Of a stretch of DNA of 64,000 nucleotides, positions 47,974-60,175 are shown piece by piece (position 1 is the stretch's first letter; every line of letters begins with the position of its first letter). The notes beneath the pieces are model-generated. The model was not told where the DNA came from. It was given only the letters and a program-made list of their open reading frames with translations, and searched no databases. Source of the stretch: Euprymna scolopes (Eukaryota). Position numbers and translations under genes: made by a program. The DNA is taken from the NCBI GenBank assembly GCA_053919585.1, contig CM132796.1. One strand, 5' to 3'.

Positions 47974-48699
47974 TTTAGTGAAAGTTGTTATAAAATGTGG
48001 TATTTGATTCTCGTTTTTATATTCTTACTTCACAAATTTTGAAGCAAATTTGATTTCATGCAAAGATAAACGCCATCTATTTCACTAGAATATTGCATTT
48101 ATTTGGTGTTCATTCTTTCAGAGATATTGCTTTCCTCTATTATTTCATGTATCAAAAAATATTGTCTTTTCAAAAGCCACATATTTTTCAGTTTGTGATT
48201 CGATTTCTTAGTGTTTTAACTTATTTGAACAGTAAGCACATATTTCAAAGAATATGACCGTCGATGTTGTATAACTGTAAAACAAAATTTGTTAATAGTA
48301 TCCAGTACAATACATCTCACAGATGTAACTGTTTACATCCAAATAAAACTTTGCTGTTTTTAGGATAACGTTTAAAGCAATAGATGATCCATTAAAATTC
48401 AATAAATGGGTTCAATCAGGAACACCTGTAAAATAAATGAAATTCAATATTTTTAGTATTTTCATTCACATATTAGTATATTTATTATTATATTTATTAG
48501 TATACTGTTTATTGTTTATATCATGTATTTCTCATTTTGTCAATCCAATTATTTAAATCTTAGACGTGTTTAAAGAAAGATATAAATTATCACTCACAAT
48601 TCACATAAATATTAATTATTTATAACAAAACTTAATAACGTGATGTTTTATCTTTAACTAGATTTTTAACTCACTAAGTATCAAATACACTCACAAATA

Positions 48700-51480
48700 C
48701 TTTGAGGATAGAACAAGGCTGTCTTAACTTTTAAAGACAATTACTTAAACCTGAGAGTATTTTATGCATCTAAAAATCTCACAATTAGCACATGCACTGA
48801 GAAATGTTGGCAAATCTAGGTTGGTGTACCTCCCAGAACTATCTTTGTCTTAGACAAGGTTTAAAATGCATTACAAATCTAATAGGCCGCGCACCTAGTC
48901 TCATGCTCAACCCTTTCTCTCATATCAATATATCGCATCCCTATGTCTATGTTACAAGTACTTTAATGAAATTTTCTCTAATGAACTCAGAACAATTGTA
49001 CTCCCTCAACGTACATACTCCCAGCACACTCAATAAGCATTGGACCCCTTCTTCATTGGTCTCTTGATGCTGGAAAGCCTTCATAGTTTTCTCCTTTGGA
49101 TTGCTCGACTTTACAATTTACCATTGAATGTTTGATATTTAAATATTAGTAAGACTCAATAATTAAATTCCTAAAAACATTAAACTTAACCGTGTTATTT
49201 AGTTTTTAACAAAATATTTTATGGCAATACAACACATATTGATTGGTGCTGACATTCACATGTGAAAACTACATTTCCAACTTCATCTCATATATTTCGC
49301 AATTTCTCAATGTTATTATTTTGAGCTAATTATTTTTAAGGAGAAATATCCGTAATCCTTTAATCCAGCTGAAAGTTAAGTTTTCATGTGTTATCTTTAA
49401 ATATCGGGAAGATCATGATTTTTTAAATATCTATAAACAGATAATTAAAATTTAACCATATTTCTTTCGGTTTTGAGTCTTAATTTCTTCTTTCTCTCAG
49501 TATTTAGTTTCATTTTAATTTGACTTTACATGTTTTGTTTTTATGTACATCCAATGATCACTGTATCCCATAATTGACTTATCTCTCATTCGAAGATGTA
49601 AACAAATATTTTATGAAAATACAGCTAAGACATTTATATATATGCAAACTATCATTTTCTTATTTACACATAAGTTACACATATTAAATAATAAATCTGT
49701 GAAAATTTGTATTCATTCTTTTATTTAATGTTTCCTTTCTAGTTTTTAAAAAGTTTGTTTTTATATTTCTCAGTTGATTTGAACCATGTATTTCTTTTAA
49801 TCGATATTGACTTCTTTAATCAAATTAATTATAGTGTTACCTTTATTTTAGGTGGAAATTTCATTGGATTATGAAAATCGCAAGCGGTTCACAATCACAT
49901 GCATATTTCCATCAGTGGAGATGACAACATAAACGTTTTGCAGTTATTGCAGTGTCGACGTCCTCCTACATACAGCACCTACTTTCCTAAATGCTCACTA
50001 AATGGTACTGACCAGGCTCAATGTTTTTTTAAATTCGCTGATGTATAAGAGAATTGATGTGTCAATGTAGTTAGTCCGTATACAAATTATGAAGCCACTT
50101 GAATATCTATTTACTTTTGTCTAAAAAGATCAATCTTGTAGGTAAGAAGAAGCACAACTTTTAGGAAAGAAGGTACTGAAATATGATGATGTATTCTAAG
50201 GAATATATATATTGAATAGGGTATTTATGAATATATATATTTTATTAGATTCAAATAAAACTTGTGTAAAATTAGTCAAGTCTCAATTGTTAGATTTCAA
50301 CCCACAGATGCCAAAATTCCTTAGTCCAAAAACTCAGCTCTCTGCTATTACTCTCTTCACACTTTTGCTAATCGAACTTACTTCTTCAAAATCCAATGAA
50401 TGCCCTCTCTGAAAATCAACCCTCTTTTATCTTCAACCAGGAGCATCTCATCTGCATATCAGGTGGTAACATTGCAGGCATATAAAGAGATAAGCAGGCT
50501 ATTTTTATTTCTTTTTTCTTCACTCATTTCTTGTCCACCTAGATTCATACAAGTTGCACAAGGCAGGTTTGTAACAACTTTTTAAACATTTCAGACCACA
50601 TAACTCTTAATGTATCAACCATTGACCAAATCAGATCATTTAGAAAAAAGTACTTCTAATAAATTGGCAGCAATATAATTCAATATTTACATATATAAAA
50701 CAGGTGAATCCGCAAATTTCTGTAACACATTACAAAATTTTCTTTGATTCATTTTTAAAATTTCAAATGTTTTTATAGGAATTTTATAGTGATATTTTAC
50801 TGAATAAAACATGTATGGTTGTTTTATGGCAATTTTAGGTATTCACACACCACTTTGTGAAAAATTCTCATTCATCCCAAAACACATTGATATGTAAGGA
50901 AATATAATGCATTAGGAGTCAAACATACAGGGCATCCTGAATTGTGCAAATATACCAGGTCACCTACAATTTATGTGAATATAAAATTATTTGTAACTAA
51001 GCTTATCAGCGTGATTAATGTTTTATTTCTAATTATCAGTATGAATAATGTTTTAATTCACACATAATCAATCCAATAACTTTGAGGATATTACAGAGAA
51101 TACAAAAAAGTGGGCTTTCTTAAACAATTACTTAAACCTGAGAGTATCCTATACATCTACAAATCTCACATTAGTACATGCACTGAGTAATGTTGGCACA
51201 TTTAGGTTGGTGTAACTCCCACAACTATCTTCGTCGTAGACAAGGTTTAAAAAGTGTTACAAATCTAATAGGTCTTGCACAACTCTTTCTCTCATATCCA
51301 ATCTGTCTGTTTTAGGAGTACTTTAATTGACTGTTCTTGAATGAACTCCTAGCAATTGTATTCCTCGACATACTCTAAACACACATGCCAAGTAGCAAAA
51401 TTTTCCTTTTCTCTGCTTGTCTCAAAATGCTCGAAAGCCTTTGATTCTAATAGTTGTCCCCTTGGATTGCTTAGAATTTT
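48700..51480. repeat. Diverged ~400-bp direct repeat pair (48700-49110 and 51080-51480)
   Basis: Shared acaattacttaaacctgagagtat...catgcactgag...agacaaggtttaaaa...acaaatctaatagg. Confidence 0.8.
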
Positions 51481-51523
51481 ACATACCTGTCTGATCCATG
51501 GTATTTCCTTTTGTATATACCTA

Positions 51524-52683
51524 CACAGACATGACAGAAAAGAATAGACACTAAAGTAAATGTTTTCCTAAGATTAATATATACTTATTTATATTTATAG
51601 ATAAGAATAGTGCTGAAATAACTAATAGTATCTCATTAAAATATCCTCTAACAACACTGAAGCATGCCTCGACCCAAATGAGCATTTCTGCGAGGACAAA
51701 TCATGGGTTAATATGATGGTGGTCTTAGTCAATGCAAAATAGCATGAAATCTTTCAATACCGCTTTCTGTTGTTAATAAAGTGATCATACAATTCACAAG
51801 AGAGGACAAAGAGTGAACAAAACCTTACCCCTCTAAACGAACCCTGCATCGCGTGAAAAGAAATGTTGAAGAGGATCCTGGGTGCAAAGCCTCTCACATT
51901 GCAACACAAGCTGGCGTCCCAGAACAGTTGTCAGGTATCTTCACAAGCTAGGCTATTATGACAGAGTTGTGAGAAGGAAACCTCTTCTTTATCCTGCCCA
52001 TATCAAGTGCAGAAAAGATTGGGCTCATGAGATGGTGGAGAGAGCTATGACCTTTTCGGCCAATGTCATTTTCTCTGATGAGTCATGATTTGCATTATTT
52101 CCCGACAGTGGAAGGGTATGGCTATGGAGGCTTCTTGAGAAAAAGTTGGACTTAAAAAAACTGCAGCCAACGATAAAACATGGGGGTTTCCTGGTTATGG
52201 TATGGGATGCAATTTGGAGTGGTGGTTGCTCAAACCTGGTGGAGTGTGAAAGAAACATAAATTCTGCTAAATATGTTTCAATATTACAGGAAGGACTCTT
52301 ACCAATATTCTCAAGTGGTAAAATGAATCAAGTTAACTCCCTATTTATGGAAAACAGAGCTCCTTGTCACTTTGCTAGGGCAAGACAAGTCCCCAGATAT
52401 ACAACCAATTGTAAACCTTTGGGGCATATTACATCGGAACCTTCGCAAAAAGAAAAGAAACCATATTCCAAGCCTGGATTTTTAGCATTATTGCATTAGA
52501 CATAGCAAGAAATCCCTCAAAATGATATTCGTCAACTGATCAATGCTATGGCTAGATTAGTCCTAGCATTTAAAACAGCAAAGGGAATTTCAATTAGTTA
52601 TTAAATTTGTGACCATTTACTTTTTATTTTGTTCTATAAATTTTATGTTTATTGAAATAAACTGTTTTTCTGTCATGCCTGTG
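51524..52683 (+). mobile_element. Tc1-family transposon, decayed; partial second copy at ~52690-52870
   Basis: TIR cacagacatgacagaaaa / ttttctgtcatgcctgtg with TA flanks; MPRPK, RRKPLL, VIFSDES, KHGG..VMVW, APCH. Confidence 0.9.
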
Positions 52684-54899
52684 TATGTTGCTAGGCTACT
52701 ATGGTAGAGCTGTGAGAAGGAACCTTCTTCTTTGTCCTGCCAATATCATCAATTGCATTTCATCAAAATAGCATTATTTCATCAGACATTGCAAGAAATT
52801 CCTCAAGATTATATTCGTCAACTGATCAATGCCATGTCTAGAAAGGTCCTATCATTAAAAACAGTAAAAGCAGCCGATACTGTGGGTCCCATGCGATCAA
52901 AATCTGAAAATTCTGGCCTCAGTACCATTTCAACTTCGACAGGAGACCAGAAGTCAACAGGGACTCCACTTGGGGAGCAGTATCTCAGTAAAAGTCATGA
53001 AAATCTTGCCGTGCGTCAGAAGAAGAAACTCTCTCTACTGACAGATCAATCGAAGTTGAATACTAATACGGCTGTGACTAGCAATACTACTACAACCACC
53101 ACCAGTACAAAGACGGATTCCATAAAAACTAGTAAAAAAGAAAAGGTTCTGGAGGAAAATGACAAAAATGTCATCTTTGCAAAATCGTCAAAAGTTTAAA
53201 AGGTTCTACAACCAGCGCCATCCGAAAAGCGTCAAGCACCAAGAATTTATACAAAAGCAGTGCATCCAATAAAAATGCCTCACATAGAAGGAAGATTCAA
53301 CCCATGAAAAAAACTCACAGAGTGTAATCAAAGGCAAATCATTACCAAAGAGGACGTCGGCACCAGCTGATGCCATGGCCAACAATGCTGAATTATTTGC
53401 TAATTTTGAGCGAGAGGAAAAGCTTCAAGACGGTTGGGTCTCTGAACTGATCCGTATCACAGGACAAAAAGCTGAAGTTGAAAAGTTAAAATATGAAATT
53501 CAAACCCTAAAGGCAAAGATTCCCGCCTGTGATCTAGAAGAGGAATCTGACCTTTTACGACGTCAAAACAAACCCCTTCAAGACCGATTAAAAGACCAGG
53601 GGGATTCCAATGGAGCACTTGCCTGCACACTGATGGTGTACTGGTGCAATTTCATAAATGACAATTGGACGAGGAGTGTTCTGTCTTCAGAACGAAGGGA
53701 CACATGCTTTAAGAGCACCGGTTCCCCGAGCCTCTTTTTCATTCATCTCTGTATGAGTTTTTTTTATAAGTTTTCCCTTTTTATTTTCTTCCCTTCCAGC
53801 TCTTTCTTTAAAGAAAAACTTGGCCGTTTTCCAAATAAAAAACAGAAAACTTCTTATTGCTATTCTTCAAGAACTTCGGGTTCTTACGCGATCTCATCCT
53901 AGTCTTGTGTTCGATTCTGTTTTTCTTCCTTTTTCTACCGCGGAATTCGAAACTATATGCACAACCTTTCTTGACTCCCCAGCCATGAGGTATGTTAGAA
54001 TATCCCTTTATTCCTCACCTTGTGCTCTTTTATCGACTTTACCTTCCTATCACTTCTATGAAAAAACTTGAAACCTTATTTATGTTTAATTAATCCAGTG
54101 CTTAATTAAATCCAGTGCTTAATTAATCCAGTGCTTAATTAATCACGGTGCATAAACTGCTTATGCAGTTTATGCGCCGTGCTAAAATAACCTTCGGAGA
54201 AAAAAAGAGACATAACTGTTCCAGACTTTCACCTAACAAATTAATGAAAGAGAAAAAAGACACTTTATAACTGTTCCAGACTTTCACCTAACAAATTAAA
54301 GAGAAAAAAGACACTTTATAACTGTTCCGGACTTTCACCTAACTGTTGATTGAAGAGGAGAAAAAATATCCTAGAATTGATTAATTCGGAATCCTATCCA
54401 AAATATCATTTATTTTCATTTATTATTTCTTTTTATTTCATTATTTTTTCTCCTTTTTATTCCTCTTTTTGTTTTATTTTTGTTTCAGATTTTTTTTACC
54501 TAATTAATAAAGCGTTTTCAACCTAACAGTTGTTTTCGTTGTGTTAATTTGAGTTTATCTGTCTGCCCAATGCATGCTTTCTGAAGTTTGACTGCTGGAA
54601 GGTATTGTAGGTACCTGAAAGCAAGATTATGAGGAATAACTGCCGCGAGTCCAGAACAAAAACATTATTAAGAAATTAATTTTCCAGGAATTCATCGTCA
54701 AGCCCAAATATCAGCTGACGTGATATTGTAAACAAACACTGACGGAATTTGATGAACTACATTATTATTATTATTATATTTTTTTCGAATTAGTCCACTG
54801 GGCAAATTATTTCCTGTAATATATAATAATCAATAGAGGATTGATTCTCCAATAATACATATACAATCTGCATAGATTAAAATATGTTTAGGCATATTG

Positions 54900-54931
54900 T
54901 ACGGCAGGGCAACGTCGGGCGTCTAGCTAGT
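54900..54931 (+). mobile_element. Possible Helitron 3' terminus
   Basis: Degenerate gggcaacgtcggg hairpin ~8 nt before CTAG|T. Confidence 0.5.
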
Positions 54932-55065
54932 CTTTAATATTTATCATATTTTTAAAAATTCCTTCTTTGTGGACATTTTTAAAAGTCCGTTGGAACGTAA
55001 TAGCACAAAAAACTGAATTTGGATGTTTTTTTAGTGAGTTGACTACGCTGAGTTAGATAGTAAAT

Positions 55066-56410
55066 TAGGCACCGCCAAAAATGGCCGCAAAATCAAGTTG
55101 TTGTTGTTTTTTAAAACTAAATTACATTTATTAAAATCCATTATTTCTGAGTAACTTTTTTTCCAGAAAGATAAAACCCTGAATTTTATCATATAGAAAC
55201 AGAATAATGTAAAACTTTTCTACTATTTTTAATTAAATTTTAAATGTTAAATTTTCCCAAAAAGTTAACAATTGACATTTTTTGTCTTGCACAAAAAACG
55301 TACTTAAATATTTAAAAAAAAAGGTTTTTGAAATAATTAATTTATTTATTTATTATCTAACTAAGATTTAGGATGATTTTCTAAGAGAATATGCAAAAAT
55401 ATTATAATATAAGTACCTGAATTTCAAATAATTCCACTTATTCATATAGGTAACCAGATATTTCGCGTCGATGTAGAGTCTAGATCGACTCTGTTTACGT
55501 TTGCGTTTGATAATAAGAAAACTATGGAAGACCAAACAGGCCAAAAAAACTTATTTTTCAGTGACGAAAATTTCAATGTATTATTAAGCTGAGGCTGGCC
55601 AGTACCAGATGGGTGACCATTTGTATGAGTTTGGTTTTTAATGTGTATGTGTGTGGGGGCCAGGCTCCCCAAAATGGGGGGGGGGGCAATTTAAAGCAGA
55701 ATAAAAAAAAATTATTTCAGCGCGTTTGGTCCACCGTAGTCGAAAGGCGGCAAACGTTTTCAAACGGGATAAAAAAAAATGATGCTATTTTTAACACAAA
55801 GGGCACAATATTTATCGATTTTTTTTTTGTATCGATTCTTAAAAGCATGCCCTGTTTAATAATGGTCATGCATTATTCGGCTCGCTAAAAAAAAATTGTT
55901 AATTTATTTATCAACAATTTTAAAATGGCTTTTTTCGTATAAATATTAAAAAAAAATTTTTTTTTGTTTTGCTTAACTTAAATTAATTATTTTACTTAAC
56001 ATATTCACCGAATTTCACACTTCAAAACTCAAAAGCGGGATAATTAAACACAATCGAAGTTCTGATATTCAGACGTCAAAATAAGGTATGCAAACAAGTT
56101 TTTTTTTTTTTAATCTATAATTCTGTCCCTTACAACAACACAATATGTTTTGTTCAGTTTCAGATGATTATTTTAAGCATATTTGTTCCCACTTCAAAAC
56201 AAGGGGGGGGGGTTGTAAGCAAAAAAAAAATATATATATAAATATCGTTTATGAAAAATAAGTACACTGTTATAAAGTTCATTCTTCTCCTAATAATCGC
56301 TGAAAATTTCGTATTGATCGGATAATTACCTGATTTTTGGTAGATTTTTAAAAAGACGGTCCGTCAAAAAGTACTGACCTGCCCCCCCCCCCCAGTTTTG
56401 GCGGTGCCTA
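55066..56410. mobile_element. hAT-type non-autonomous element (1.35 kb)
   Basis: 15-bp TIR TAGGCACCGCCAAAA; perfect 8-bp TSD tagtaaat (55058-55065, 56411-56418). Confidence 0.9.
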
Positions 56411-58201
56411 TAGTAAATATTTGTTTCTACATTGGGTTTCTGCTAATCCGTGATAGCCAATAAATGGGGTTTCATTTTATGTATAATTTAATAAAGAAAA
56501 CGATCTCCATTCTAAAATGTAAAGTACTAGATAAAACATCAAAAGTCAAACGGAATTCTCTAGCAACATAAAAGGTAATTAGTGTAAATAGAAAAAGATT
56601 TTTTTTAATTGTTAAAACAATTGAATATCGAAAAAGCAGTTTTTGTGCTCAGTTGTCTAACATGTGAGAAAATAAAATTCGACTAATTGCGAATCAAATT
56701 ATTGTGTTTTTAGTAAACATTATTATTTTCTCAGAAATCACATAAGTTTCACTTAAAATAAACACATTTTTGACAACAATCTAAATGCAGATTGAATAAT
56801 ATGTTTTTAGAATATTTTTTTTAATCGGAGATTCATAGTTTTTTTATTCCCGTCTATGAATCAATATTTTAAGTGGATTGCAATAAAAATAAACTTATTT
56901 TAATATCTTCATATTATTTTAAAAGTTTTTACGTGTAAAAAAAACAAAAAAACTTACCTTTAATTCCATGCATTCAATACCAAAAGAAATCGAGATGAAT
57001 TCGTTTTTTCTTTTGTGTTCAAAACAGAAAATTTGTTTTGTTTGTTAGGATTTTTTTTTTTTTTGGGTAAAGTGCTACAACTCTTGATTTGTGTGACCAA
57101 TTCATTAAGAAATAAAATATATGAAAATATAAAAGAATCAAAATTAAAATATGAAAAATACGATTTAAACGCGAAATTATTTAAAAAGGGAATAAACCGC
57201 TAAAGAACAATGGATTTAAGTCATCGTAAAACGGTGTAATCTTTATTTCGTTCTTCATGTAAAAATGTCCGTTCATTAGTTACATGTGTCGAATTGTTTT
57301 TCTTTGTCCATACATTGATTGGGATTTCTGAAGTAAATGTCTCTTTCGTCTATCCAATTCATTAAAAATATATATGAAGATAGAAAAACCGGTTTCACTT
57401 NNNNNNNNNNNNNNNNNNNNNNNNNNNNNNNNNNNNNNNNNNNNNNNNNNNNNNNNNNNNNNNNNNNNNNNNNNNNNNNNNNNNNNNNNNNNNNNNNNNN
57501 NNNNNNNNNNNNNNNNNNNNNNNNNNNNNNNNNNNNNNNNNNNNNNNNNNNNNNNNNNNNNNNNNNNNNNNNNNNNNNNNNNNATCCACAATGAGAACAT
57601 TTCAAATAATCGTTATATAAAAAATTGCGAAACTGAGTATTTCACATAAACAACTCAAATAAAAGGAAAGAATTTCACAAAAGGCGAAATCAGTCAAATG
57701 ACAAAAATAATTTTGAACCAAGAAAATAAACTATAACCACAGGATTACATGGCCCTTTTGCAGTTTAGGAAAACAAATAGGGAAGAAAATGGGACATAAC
57801 AGTAAGAATCCCACTGGATTGGATAGTGAAATTGGCGTTATTACTATAAAATATTGATAGAATTTAAAAATTTAAATGATTGTAAAATAAATTAATTACT
57901 AAGTATTTAATAATTATTAGTATAAAAAAGTAAATATTGTAAAATAATTTTCAAAATCTTAGATGTAAGTAACACAATTCGATTGGCTATTAAAAGTGAA
58001 ACAAATCGACTCAGATATTTCCTCGTTCAGTTCTAGTTATCTTTGAAAAAAAAAAAGAAGAGTTTTCTACTATTGTCAATTTCAATATCGTTTCTTTCTG
58101 TCATTTTATTTATAAAATTACGCGGGAGTGATTAAAAAAAAAAATCTAAATTGCTAAAAATGACTTTTTAAAAAAATCCTGTATTTAATAAAAAGAAAAA
58201 T

Positions 58202-59335
58202 AGGGGTTGTATTACTACAAATAGATTCGAAAAGGTTTTCAAAAAGCAAATATATAACAAATAAATGTTATCAAAGGCAAGATAAGTTACTTTTCTACCT
58301 AACTATTTTTTTTGTTTTATTTAATATAACATGTTTATTCAGCTCGAAAAACATACAGTGTATAAATGTTGTGCATTTTCTCCTAATAATTACTTTAATA
58401 AACACAAGGCCAAACGACATTTCTTTTAACAAAACAACAACAGAGGGTTTATTTAGAAAAGGCGAGATTGTATCTCAGACCGGAGAGCCCGGAAAACTCG
58501 TCCCGGGAAAACTCGTCCCGGGAAAACTCGTCTCGGGAAAACTGGTCCCCTTTCGCTAGGTAGGAAAACTGGTCCCTTATTGAATAAATGCCGATTGAAA
58601 ACACATTTTATGATCGTTCTTGAAGGAGATATTATTTTTTTAAATAGACTATAGCCCCCCCCCTAATATTTTTAAAAAATATTTTTACTTGTTTAATGTT
58701 TTTTTTTTTTGGGGGGGGGGGGGTTGTATTACTGTACACATAGATTCGAAAAAGTTGTCAAAAAACAAATATATGACAAATAAATGCTATCAAAGGCAAG
58801 ATAAGTTACTTTTCTACCTAACTGGATATATTTTTTGTGTTTTTATTCAGTGTAACAATGTAACATGTTTATTTAGCTCGAAAAACATGCAGTGTTTACC
58901 GATGTATTGGAAAATTCGGGTTTGTATTACTGTACACATAGATTCGAAAAAGTTGTCAAAAAACAAATATATAACAAATAAATGTTATCAAAGGCAATAT
59001 AAATTACTTTTCTACCAAACTAGATATAATTTTCGTGTTTTTATTCAATTTAACATGTTTATTCTGCTCAAAAAGCATACAGTGTTTACCGATGTATTGG
59101 AAAATTCAAAATGGCGGCCGACTCTCTCTTTAACACGGTAAGTTCGGGAAAACTTACATATAAATAATAAACTAGACAAAATACTATTAAAAACCACCGA
59201 ATATATGTCAAGTTATGTCACGGTAACATATATTGAGCAAATTTCTAACAGTGTTTTGTCTAGTTTATTATTTATTACACCTTTTTCCGAACTTACCGTG
59301 TTAAAGAGAGTCGGCCGCCATTTTAAATTTTCTAA
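58202..59335 (+). repeat. Three partial copies of the 6952-7549 MITE, with an intervening 15-bp GGAAAACTCGTCCCG array (58490-58577)
   Basis: Copies start at ~58203, ~58721 and ~58918. Confidence 0.8.
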
Positions 59336-59393
59336 TCTCAAGCACGTTACTTGATAGACACAGGTGCTTCTTGTAGCATTTGGCCACTTCGAC

Positions 59394-60175
59394 TTTTTTT
59401 TTTTACACAGTGATCACCACTTATCAAGGCCCGGAAGCCACTCAGGGATAAGGGTTATTGCAAGTACATTACGTTAGTGTGGAGATTTGATGAAGTGTTT
59501 ACTTAAGAGGGCGGTTCATTAGGAATTTGTTAACATTGGACTTGAAGACATCCAAGTTGTAGTCCGGTAGGAAGCAGGCCGACGGAACAGAGTTCCACAG
59601 GCATGCAGTTCTAAGAAAGAAGCTTTGTTCATGGAATCCGCATTTTGATTTAGGCACAGATATAGAGTGGGGGAAAGTTTTCACAGTGGATTCAGCTAGA
59701 CGGGTGTTTTTCGTGAAGGATTGGTGAGGGGGGACCAGAGATTGGAGTTCAAACGAGCACCTGCCATGGAAATAACGATAAAACAAAGACAGGCTCGCAA
59801 CGTCTCTTCTGTGGGAGAGAGAGGTTGCAGGGTAGAGAAAAGGGCATTCCCCACTAAGCCACGAAGTCTATTTTGTACTCTGTCAAGGCAGGAAAGGCTG
59901 TTTTTAGCAGCTCCTGCACAAATATGGCAACAGTATTCCATCCTTGGACGTACTTGGCTTTTATATAGATAGAGAATTGCATCAGTAGTGAGATATCTTC
60001 TGGAGCAGTAGAAGGATCCCACCATCTTTCCAGCGACCTTGGCAACAGACTTGATGTATGTGTTCCATTTCAGATCAGGAGTAAAGGTCAAACCCAGAAG
60101 CTTGTCAAAACACGGGGCCTCACTCAGACGAGAGCCATCCATCACAATTGATGCCAGATGGGGATCAGAGCATTG
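59394..60175 (-). mobile_element. LINE 3' portion with poly(A) tail
   Basis: YKSQVRPRMEYCCHI, FYRYFHG; tail shared with 14960-15027. Confidence 0.9.

Noticed and set aside
51487-51545. Minus-strand micro-exon with an ATG upstream of the 17-finger gene
   Set aside because: Its acceptor is supplied by the Tc1 TIR, and splicing to ~48425 gives only an 8-aa peptide; unsupported without transcripts.
54198-54345. CRISPR-like appearance of repeat arrays (also 25671-25866 and 32916-33040)
   Set aside because: Head-to-tail units with no unique spacers, eukaryotic context, no cas genes.
57276-57649. ORFs spanning N runs (also 23148-23570)
   Set aside because: Gap artefacts.
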